Source: Alloascoidea hylecoeti
Lineage: Eukaryota
DNA: 64,000 nt
Reading direction: 5' to 3'
NCBI GenBank assembly: GCA_001600815.1
Contig: BCKZ01000021.1
Span: 124,001 to 188,000 of the forward strand
Below, piece after piece: positions 13,268 through 24,314 of this stretch. The number at the start of each line of letters is the position of its first letter. The stretch's first letter is position 1. Made by a program: the position numbers and the translations under genes. The notes under the pieces are model-generated. The model ran no database searches and had not been told where the DNA came from. It saw only the letters and a list, made by a program, of their open reading frames with translations.

Positions 13268-13748
13268 ACATCAACAATTAATATTGTTGAAAGGGAAATA
13301 GAAAACTAAAAAAATTAAAAACAAAACTGGATCAGGATATCGAGGCATTGATTTAAACTATTATTACTATTTCTTGAAATTATGTATTTAATTATAAACT
13401 GTACAGTAGAAAGATAGGCAATTGCAATTGAAGTTGATTTTAATAGGAGAGGCCTGGGAATGCTTGTATTTATCTTTCAGGATTAACAGCTCTAGTTATC
13501 GGAGCTAAACGATTTGCCTCAGAGGGGGCATATGCATGATACACGTTTAGGAATATTCAAGATCAAAATCAAGAGACAAGCACACTGGATCTCATCGACT
13601 CAAATTTATAATTAACGTTAATATTACAATTCAAATAACATTTTTATCATTACCATTTAACTCACATATAAGCTATGTTTATCATCCGCCGTAAATCCAT
13701 AACGTTGCCAATAATTTGTATAATTAACCTCAAATCAGATAGTTAATG

Positions 13749-16700
13749 TCATTTTACTATTTTACATATCAGATCCGAAGCATCAACTGAATCCCCTTCT
13801 TTAACTTCTATATTTGAAATTTTACCAGAAACAGGTGCGCTAATTACCATCTCCATCTTCATTGCTGAGAGTACCGCAATTGGATCTCCTTTCTTAACAT
13901 CCGTTCCATCATGAACTCTTAATTCAACAACAACTCCGGCCATCGGAGCCCCGATTTCATTTGGATTATGAGCATCCGCTTTTGATCTTGAGATTGTCTC
14001 AACGGCTGCATGCTTATCAATAACTGTAACCTTTCTCATCTCACCATTAAGCTCAAAAAAAACTTCTTTCGTTCCTGTTTGTGTTGATAAATCACCAATT
14101 GCAACAAGTTTAATATAAAGTGTTTTCCCTTGCTCAATTTCAATTGATATTTCTTCATTTAACTTGGGTGAGGATAAAAAGTATCGCGTTGGTATTATTG
14201 ATAAATCACTATATTTTTCCAAAAACTTTCGATAATTTTCATAAACTGTTGGATACATATTATATGAAGCAACGTCACATTCTGTGATTCTATTAAATCT
14301 ACTTTGTAAATCGCTTTTAATAGAAACTAGATCAAATTGCTTTAATGATTTACCTGGTCTCGTGTTCAGTTTTCTTCGTTTACCTCTTAAAACATCTGTT
14401 CGTAAAGGTTCTGGGAATCCTCCGTATGGTTGACCAATTAATCCTTCAAAAAAATCTAATACTGAATCGGGAAAATCAAGATCTGGTGCCCTCCTTCTAA
14501 TATCTTCGATTGTTAAATTATTTGACACCATAAATTGTGCTAGATCACCAACAACTTTTGAGGTTGGCGTAACTTTAACTATGTCACCTAATAATTGATT
14601 TGCTTCTTTGTATGCTACTTTTGTTTCAATCCATTTATTTCCAAGACCAACCTGTTGGGCTTGAAAGATTAAATTTGTTAATTGGCCACCAGGAATTTCA
14701 TGCTCATAAACCTCAGCATCTGGGCCTTTTAGGTCTGCTTCAAAACAAGAATATAATAATCTCATTTGTGACCAATATACATCAAGTTCTTTTACGTGAT
14801 CAACATTTAAGCCGGTTTCTGTCACACCTTCAACACAAGCCAAGAATGCACTTATTGATGGTTGGGAAGTCAGACCTGACATACTATTCGATGCCAAATC
14901 AATAATATCTGCGCCGGTTTCAGAAGCGGCAATCATCGAAGGTACTCCCGTTCCAGCAGAGTCATGAGTATGAATATGAATTGGTAAACTAGGATATCTT
15001 TCACGAATAGCACCAATTAATATTTTAGCAGCACTAGGTTTTAAAGTTCCGGCCATATCTTTAATACCTAAAAAATGAGTTCCTATTTTAACAATTTTAT
15101 CAACCATTGTTAAATAGTATTTTAAATTGTATTTTTTTTTCTTTGGATTTAGCATATCACCAGAATAACAAATTGTAGCTTCAACAACACCATTGACTTT
15201 TTTAACTGCATCAATACCAACTTTTAACTGATTCAAATCATTCAATGCATCAAAAATGCGAAATATATCAATTCCATTTTCTTTGGCTTGTTTTACAAAA
15301 TGATCAATTGCATTATCGGGTAATGTTGAGTACGCAACACCATTCGCACCTCTAAGGAGCATTTGAAATGGAATATTTGGTACTAATTTACGTAATTTTC
15401 TTAATCTTGACCATGGATCTTCATGTAAAAATCTCATTGACACATCGAATGTAGCACCACCCCAACATTCTAAAGCAAAAGCATTAGATAAAGCATAGGA
15501 TGTTGTTGGTGCAATTTGGCAAAGATCATATGTACGAACTCTTGTTGCTAACAATGATTGGTGAGCATCCCTCCAAGTTGTATCCATGATTAACGTTCCT
15601 TTATAATTATGAACCATTTTTGCAAATTCTTCTGGTCCTTTTTCTATTAAAATCTTCCTCCAACCTTTAGTACTTGGTTTTGATACATCTATAACATTAT
15701 CTTCTGAATCTTTAAGTGTTGGAATAATAGGATCACTTGTTAATTTTGGTGTACCAACCTGGCCTTTAATTGATGATCCATTGACTGTTAAATCAGCAAT
15801 ATAAGATAATATCTTAGATGCCCTATTTTGTGATGTCAACATATCAAAAAGTCTTGGAGTATCATCAATGAAAGTTGTCCAACATTTATTAAATATAAAT
15901 GTTTCGTGATTTAAAAGTGTAATTAAAAATGGTATATTTGTTTTTACACCACGAATTCTAAACTCAATTAACGCTCTAATCATCTTTCTTCGAACCATTT
16001 CGAATGTACTACCCGAGCATGTGCATTTAACTAATAATGAATCATAGTGTGGTGATATTATTGACCCAGCAAATCCATTACCACCATCTAATCTGACTCC
16101 ATTGCCACCTGCGGATCTATAAACTTCAATCTTTCCTGTATCCGGTTGAAAATTTTTGGAGGGATCTTCTGTTGTGATCCTACATTGAATTGAAAATCCT
16201 CTATAACCAATTCTATCCTGGGTTAACCCCAATTGTTTCAATGAAGCACCGGCTGCAATTTGAACTTGTGCAGCAACAATGTCAATTCCTGTTATTTCTT
16301 CTGTAATTGTATGTTCAATTTGAATACGTGGGTTAATTTCAATAAAGTAATGCCTACCTTGATTATCAACCAAAAATTCAACTGTACCAGCATTAATATA
16401 TTTTGCTTCTTTTGCAATTTTAACAGCATCATTTAAAATTGATGTTCTAATATTATCGGATAAATCTTTTGCTGGTGCAATTTCAACAACTTTTTGATGT
16501 CTTCTTTGAACAGAGCAATCACGTTCAAATAAATGGACAACATTCCCATAACTATCAGCAATAAACTGAACCTCTATATGTTTTGTTTTATCTACAAAAC
16601 GTTCAATAAAGACAGTACTATCACCAAATGAAGCCTTGGCTTCTGATACTGCCCTATTAAATAAATCTTCTAAATCTTCAAATTTTGTAACAATACGGAT

Positions 16701-17668
16701 ACCTCTACCACCACCACCAAACGCAGCTTTAATAATAATTGGAAATCCATACTGTTCAACAAACCTCTTTGCCTCTCCATATGTCTTAATTGGATCTGGA
16801 GTACCAGGAACAATAGGTACATTGCATTTATTTGCTAAATGTCTAGCGGAAATTTTATCACCAACTAACTCAATTACATCACCTGGAGGTCCAACCCAAA
16901 TCATTCCTGCATCAATAACTTTTCTTGCAAATGTCGGATTTTCTGATAAAAAGCCATAACCCGGATGAATCATATTAACACCAGTAGATTTTGCTATTCT
17001 AACAATTTCATCAATCTGAAGATATGCCTGTATTGGAGTAAATTGACCTCGTTTCCCTATTACATAACTGTATTTTAGTTTAATTTAGCACTGTATTATC
17101 ATTCGATCTTTGTTTTTAAAAAATCATTCACATACGCTTCATCGGCTTCTATAATGTTGAAAGATAAAAGAAAAAAGGTAAAGTTAGACATCGTAGAATA
17201 AATTCGGACTTTGGACTAGATAACATACTTTGTCGATGCATGGACATTCGGTCTTCATGTGAATATATGGCTACGGTTTGCATAGAAAGTTCATGGGCTG
17301 TCCTAAAAATCTAAAAAAATCGATTGCAATAGTTAATGACTGTTTGCTCCTTTAGTCAACAAAATTTCACACATACTCTAGTTGCTATAGAAGACGTGAA
17401 AATAAGCCCGATAATTAATTACTATTCAGGTACAACCAGACTATGTAACAACTTTCTAAAAAGACACACATACCAATTTCACCACGGTTTGCAACTAATT
17501 GGGAAAAGAAAAAAATAGAGTTAGAGTAATTGTTTTTACTATTGATCTTCAAATCATCTAATTTTTCAAAGCCATACCTAGAATTTTATTCATATCACCC
17601 ATTAGAGTATTATCGGCTCTAATTCTATCGAGAGTTTTTATATCATTATTTACCGCTGGGGCTGTCAT
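13749..17668 (-). CDS. PYC1: Pyruvate carboxylase, 6 exons
   Basis: Exons 17668-17578, 17494-17474, 17384-17377, 17310-17229, 17148-17136, 17067-13749 rebuild NKILVANRGEIATRIFRTAHEL..HRQKADEAY; also HPGYGFLSEN, RDAHQSL and the biotin site AMKM. Confidence 0.98.
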
Positions 17669-17960
17669 TTCGAAACCTGACCTATTTAACAAATTGAAAA
17701 TTGTGGAAGGATGGGCCTAAATATCAATCTCATCTCAGGGTAACCAATTTGTCACACTATTCGCATGCATAATGCATCCATGCATGGAATTATAACTCAC
17801 ATAGTGCCGGATAAATCATGAGACTCAATTATCTTATTAATCATAAATGTCCAAGTATTTATCAGCTGTGGATTGATATTATATCATACGTTCCTGTTTT
17901 CATTGATTTATTATGGTGCTATCTAAACTTGAATTTATGTTTTCATAATGCGATGTGTGA

Positions 17961-18091
17961 ATGAGTCATTTGAGTCATGCCATTAAACGAAGTTACCATA
18001 GAAAATGGTATACGTATAGTGTGCTACCGGTATACATGTACAGTATAGTTATGATATTCTAATTATAATTGAAGTTGATCGGCTGAGTCAT
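17961..18091. promoter_or_regulatory. Three Gcn4/AP-1 sites upstream of PYC
   Basis: TGAGTCA at 17962-17968, 17971-17977 and 18084-18090. Confidence 0.6.
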
Positions 18092-20152
18092 AACTAGTCC
18101 ATTATAATATTCATTACATGCTTCACTCAATCGCTATTATATAAGATTAATAGACTGATTCTGAATAAAGATTAATTTGAAAACTAAAAAGTATAGTATA
18201 CGACCTATAGATTTTATATAGATGATATCGATATCATTCATACTATAACTATATAAAATTATAAATCTAGAAGATAAAGAAGTAGATATTAAATTAATAT
18301 ATATACGTATACACTATAACTATTTCAGCAATTTTTATACGCACAGCTAGTATTCAATATATAAGCTTAATTATAAGTTATTCATACACCCGCTTTAAAT
18401 TTATATAATTATAAGTTGAAACTGTAATGTGATTCTAAATTTTCAATGTTAATACATAACTTATACTTATATCTGACTTCCAATAATACTATGCAATACT
18501 AATTTTAAAGGTAGAAAAATAATAATTTGTGATCATCATCAGCAATATATCATATTCGGATATCGATAGCACATCTATTTTTTGAATTAACTGGGCTAGC
18601 TGAATCAACTTGATTAGCTGAAGTAAATAAAATGCATATGGGTTCTCTAATAAATAGTTTGTTCTCATCATAAGTTTTATATAATTAATATTAAAGTGAC
18701 GGCAAAATAAGGAAAATATTGAAACTGAAACTAGAGGGAAATTCAGCTCCATGTAAGGTACTTTCTAAGCAGGGGGGGGATCTTTATGTTGGATATATTA
18801 CACTCTTAGAACAGTTCACTAAAGAGTCGATTGGCTTTTTAGCGCAACTGGGAGAACAGGCACTTTGGACTTTAACACTTTATGTATATGATATTTAGGT
18901 ACCAAATTGTTACTGATTTGAGCGATGCTTTGTCCTTAAAATATTGTATACTGTTCTGTAAGTTCTAGAGATCCTGTTAGTTTCGCAAATTATAATTATA
19001 AAATGACATTTTAAGTGAAGTATTTAGTGTTAGCGCCCGCAACTCTACAAGGCATATAGAGTATTAGGATCTCCAACCATGTACTCTAATTATAGTAAAG
19101 TAGGATCTCCTTTCCAAATTTCAATCCATACCATAAGTCTCATAAGGCAAAAGTTTCTAAAATATAAATATTTTAAGGTTAAATAGCCTAGAGTGACGGT
19201 TGTACTTTTCCAGATCCGGATGCTTAAAAGACAGAACTTTCAACACTAGCTAAATACAACACCACCCCAAACTTCCTGGGCCACTCGAATCTATCTTTAG
19301 ACCGTACCTTCTGTTACATAGCTTCTCATGTGGAAAGGAGCCTTTTATGTGCCGAAAAGTTCCATATCCATGTTTTTTCAGAAGGGTTCTTTGGATGGTC
19401 TTTCGAAAAAGGCACAATTTTAAACTTGACGCGTTCCCAGTATATATGGTAGTTGTAGATGAGCCTTACCATATGCATATTTATGTGAATGGCAGCTGTA
19501 TTATCATATCTTCTGTTTGTTAGCTGGTATGGATAGTGGACACAGTTATTGATATCAAATTTAATGTTACAAATTGTAGTGTGTACATACTAGTAAGTTA
19601 GTCTCCTATTTGAGGGATTAATGAATAGATGATTCTTCTAAAAAAAATCAATATTTATACTTCTAAAAACTTTATATCTTTTTACTAAATATGCATAGGT
19701 ATTCTTACAAAACGGGGTGTGTCGTAGATTACAACTTATAGTCCATCAAAGGTGCCAATTTCAGAATTAATACTTAAATATTGGAATTAAGTAGTTATCA
19801 GTATATCCAATGAACGATAGTTAATATGTTGCTCATATTCTTGTTTTATAATTCGTTAACCTTAAAATACTTTTATTCATTATTGATCTACCAATTCTTG
19901 TATAACATCTGATATCATGTAGTAAAGTGATATTTTTATAAGAATAAACACATTTTGAATGCAAGATAGATTTCTGATTGTTGACCATCTGATAAAGTTA
20001 TCCCACGTTCACTAAATTTCGTCTAATCACCAGTTATAACATATTCGACTTTTTTTTTTCATAGAGAAGTTTTTGGGTCGTTGATATCGTGATCAAGATT
20101 TTTATATTAGTCTACACATAATGACTAGGTTTTTAACGGATGTCATTGTTTT

Positions 20153-20434
20153 TTATTTTATTTTGAAGTTAATAAGAAGAAAAATTAACGACGAAGAGAA
20201 GCATCTTATTAGTAATAATAATATTGGAATATTATATATTTCAGCTATATTAGCTTCTCCAGCTTTTGAAACTAGTGATTTGCGAAAAATATGTTTAAAG
20301 TTTAGAGATGATAAAAACTGTTGGAAACGAACCCTGATAGCATGTTTCTTTTGTTGGTGTGAGTGGATAGATAAAAGTGATTTGTTATCATCTTTAATAG
20401 GAATAAGATCGTTTACAACTTCAGATTCTTTCAT
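20153..20434 (-). other. Small ORF of doubtful status (93 aa)
   Basis: A-rich start context (ATTACAATG); no recognisable family; overlapped by a 140 aa antisense ORF. Confidence 0.2.
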
Positions 20435-20505
20435 TGTAATTTATATTAAATCTGTCTGGGTTCGCTTTACTAAACACATCAATATACAATATATCGTAAT
20501 TGCTG

Positions 20506-20645
20506 AACTTATGTTTCGCAAACCAGTCGTAAATAAATTGTAATAATAAGAATTGAGAAGATTTAAACCACATATACTGATGACATTAATATCTATCTAT
20601 CTTAACTGGTAACTTATGTTTCGCAATTGGTTATAAATAAATTGT
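20506..20645. repeat. Degenerate direct repeat of about 35 bp
   Basis: AACTTATGTTTCGCAA-N7/8-TAAATAAATTGT at 20506-20541 and 20611-20645. Confidence 0.7.
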
Positions 20646-22286
20646 GATATATTTCTATTTTATTGTAGATTATTGATTGAAAGAAGTTCTTTAGAAAGAA
20701 GTGAACACAAGCTATTTAAATGAATAAACGACTTGTGACAATATCAATACAACATCTCAATATTAAAATGAAGATAAAAGAGATAATAGTTGAAAATAAA
20801 AATTATGATAACCAAACTCCAGCACTTCAGAATTAAGCTGGAAAATCATGGTAGTAAAATTTTATTACAATTATTACAAGATATTTATAATTCTACTCTA
20901 TACATTTTTATAGGTATTAGTATATAAGATTACTTCCTTACAAGGAAAGAGTTCCCACAGACACAATATCTCTCTGAATCAAAGCCAATTCTTTTCCGAC
21001 CTTTTCTTGCAACATACCATTTCCAATGGTTTTAGCAGTTTTCGACATCAGTCTTAACCTTTCCTCTAATATCTTCTACAATAGAAAGATATTTGATTAT
21101 ATCGCTGCCATTGTCAGTAAATTCAGTACGGTGAGGTTATTTACAGAATTCATTACCAAACTCAGCGAAGTTGGTGAACCAGAAACCAAAGCCAATGGAG
21201 ATTTCTTTCGGGCACATCAATCTCTTGAAAGCAGCTACTGAGGATTATACCTGGAAACCAATTGAGGATGCTGTTTTAACTGTTATGAACATGAAAAGGT
21301 ACGGTTGAGTGTGAATGAGATTTCCAGAGCTGATGCGACTCTTGAACTGGCAGATGAAGCGTGATTACTAAAGTGATTCTAGAGAATAGTGAAGGAGTTG
21401 ATGGTGGTTTCAAGAAGCTTCTGGGTCAGGTATGTCAGTGCACCCTCCCTTTTATGGAATATTGAGGAGAATTCCCCACTAAGGAAAGTAGATTTTTGGA
21501 GGGATATATAATTAACAAAGATATTTATTAATTTTTGGATAGTTTTCCTATATCTGTCTTTAACAATAATTTGTATTAAACATGGGTAACTAAACAGGTT
21601 CATTTATGTCACCAGGTGGCAGGTACGGTCAACTACTGGGGCTGTTCCTTATGGGAGCCACCTAGCTGATGACAATATAGTTGTCTTTCATATAAGCCAT
21701 TAATGATTATAAAAGGTGTAGCAATATAATGTCTTAGACATTCATGCTTGGGCAGACGTTGCAATGCTCATTATCAATAGATAAGTAATAAGTATATAAA
21801 TAGATCCAATCATCCAATTAAGATGAGCATGATACGGCTCATAGGCCTTAGGGGATATCAGAAATTAAAAAAATGAGTTTCATAGCCCATACCGATCATT
21901 TTTTTAGTGATCTAATTATAACATTTGGTATATTTTTCAATTGAGCCTCAGAATAGAAGATAGAGAACAGTTGCAGAACTACAATTACTATGTATAATAG
22001 TGTATATTGCGATAACGATGCTTGTATCTTAGCCTTCTAGTTGACATGAACATAGCCGATGTGTTCTCATATATACTCCGGTATGCTGAGTATTACGCCA
22101 AACGTTGGGGAGTAGGACGGCAGCTGACCACATTTCAATAAATATTCAGCCCCCTGAAACATGCTATTGCCAAGTTACTTATAATTAATTATATAAGTAT
22201 TCAGGAACCCTATTTATTTTTCTTTCTGTCCTCCATTCCAGTTCGCTACACTTTGAAATACTTTAAAAACAATCAAGATCATCAAA

Positions 22287-22889
22287 ATGTATATGTATTT
22301 TCCAACCTCAACCAGTGACTTATGTCCTTCCCGACTACTGGATCGTCGAAGCTTTGAATCAGACGTCACTTCAACCGCAAATTCTTTTAAACATTGGGAT
22401 ACATGCATGGATAATAAAGTCTGTAAAATCATAGCTATAGTGGGTATAGTTCTTGCTGTTATCCTTTTCCTATGGATAGTATTAGCCTTGGTTAGGTGTA
22501 TATGTATGGGAATTACTGGATGCTGTGAACTATGTTGTTTCTGTTGCATGTGCTGTCGACGAAACCAATCATACAGAAATATAGAGCAAAATAAGAAATA
22601 CGATGAAGCTATAAACAATCCTAATATGTACGGACAACCATTAGGACCTCCAGTTAAGAGTGCCTACCAGCCAAATACAATGGATGTCCCCCCTACTTAT
22701 GCTTCAAACCCAAAATATGATGATTCAGCTCCTTTATATCAGCATCAGGGTGGAGAAAATGAAGGTTATTATAACTTTAATAACACAAACAACTACAAAA
22801 ACCAAGGAGGAAATGATATGGAAATGGGTTATATGAATCAAAATACAGGATATATGAATCAAAATACGGGATACAAAGGTTATTCCTAA
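22287..22889 (+). CDS. PIN2: Pin2-like single-pass membrane protein with a prion-like tail
   Basis: SFKHWDTCMDNKVCKIIAIVGIVLA is nearly identical to S. cerevisiae Pin2 as I recall it; post-TM Cys cluster; N/Q/Y/G-rich tail with a 21 nt tandem repeat (GYMNQNT)x2 at 22827-22868. Confidence 0.85.
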   Translation: MYMYFPTSTSDLCPSRLLDRRSFESDVTSTANSFKHWDTCMDNKVCKIIAIVGIVLAVILFLWIVLALVRCICMGITGCCELCCFCCMCCRRNQSYRNIEQNKKYDEAINNPNMYGQPLGPPVKSAYQPNTMDVPPTYASNPKYDDSAPLYQHQGGENEGYYNFNNTNNYKNQGGNDMEMGYMNQNTGYMNQNTGYKGYS

Positions 22890-23921
22890 TTTCTAGAAAA
22901 TGCATCATCGTTTAACAAAGTTCGCATTTGCTTTAGTATTTAAATTTTATGATAAATCAAATCTTTGGAGAGCATTCCCTATCAGTTTGTCTGTTACTGT
23001 TTCTTCAATAATTATAGTAATTTTATGGACTAGTACCTGATTGAATTTTATGTTTATAACTATTAGTACCCCTAGTTATGTATTTTAGTCATTTTTTTTT
23101 CTGTTCATAAATATATTATTTGATAAGATTTAAATTGTATTCAAATTTAGTAAAATTAACATGACAAGTGGATTTGTATTTGAATAATTGGACTTTATTT
23201 GTTAGTTGGGAAACTTTTCAATGCGGATCATAAATCTCCATTTTTCATTCTTTAAAATCTCTGAGACCATCATGCTGACCCCCAAACACCATTCAGCACA
23301 AGTCTGGATATCTATTTCAGACGTTTTCTTCATGGTCCCCCTCAGTTTTTTAAAGATTCAATTAAGAATATCTTTATCTCATTACTACATAGTAAATAGT
23401 GCTATTGATAAAAATCTACTATGTCCAGGTTCCTTTTTTATTTCGAGAAAAACAAATTTAAACAAACCATGAAATGAATTCGATCTACAAGAAGAATATC
23501 ATATATTTGAGGCTCATTAACTAATCAATTTTCTTATTTGTAAGCCTATGATTACGATGTTATTTTTGAACGATCACGATCCCCGCGCTAATGTTGACTA
23601 CAGGAGGTACACGTTATTCTGAAACTTATATCAAAACTGTCTTAAGCTTTAATTTAAATCGACAGTCAGGCTCATGAGCTTATAATTATAGTGAAATAAT
23701 GCAAGCAGGTACTGAATTCTTTGATTTTCATATTTGATAATGTATAAGCCTCCATATTTGCCGACACCTCCATATCAGGTGCATATCCCAACTAGTAACC
23801 ATAAAAATCCACTCATTTCGTCATATATTTCCTACCACTGCGATCCATACTATAGCTAGACATAGGCTCTTCCTATTTTCCATCAATACTTTCTTTCTAA
23901 TGTTGGAACGCATCGCTTCAT

Positions 23922-24314
23922 CTACCAAAATCTAGCGGAAAATGGTTTCCAATTCCACCAATAAATGTAATAAAAAAACCTAGCTATACTTCTTTTCTTT
24001 TTCTTTTTTGAACTTTTCGTATAAATTGTTTCATCAAATACTGTCAGTCTATATGGATCATTTATTTCGTGATCATTTCTTGTTGTTGTAGTAGCAGTAG
24101 TAGAAGTTGCTATCGTAGTATAACTCATGTTGTTATCATAATTAGATTGTTCTCTAAATTTAGCTTTTGAATTTTCCTGCCTTCTATTTGAACTTAAGAA
24201 CCGAAAACATTTTATTTTATGATTGTCAATTTTCTTTGAATTTTTCTTTGATGATGATGAAGAAGTTTTACGTGTATGTGTATTGGGAATTTCACTATTA
24301 CTGGCCAAAGACAT
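23922..24314 (-). CDS. Orphan basic protein (130 aa from first ATG)
   Basis: ATG at 24314, T-rich leader and TATA-like sequence upstream; Ser/Thr/Lys-rich with an aromatic C-terminus. No family recognised. Confidence 0.45.
   Translation of the reverse strand: MSLASNSEIPNTHTRKTSSSSSKKNSKKIDNHKIKCFRFLSSNRRQENSKAKFREQSNYDNNMSYTTIATSTTATTTTRNDHEINDPYRLTVFDETIYTKSSKKKKKRSIARFFYYIYWWNWKPFSARFW

Noticed and set aside
20121..20543. 140 aa plus-strand ORF
   Set aside because: No recognisable motif; composition fits an antisense shadow of the overlapping minus ORF.
21040..21130. TDNGS resembling a transposase/integrase catalytic motif
   Set aside because: Five residues in a short stop-bounded frame, with no other element features.
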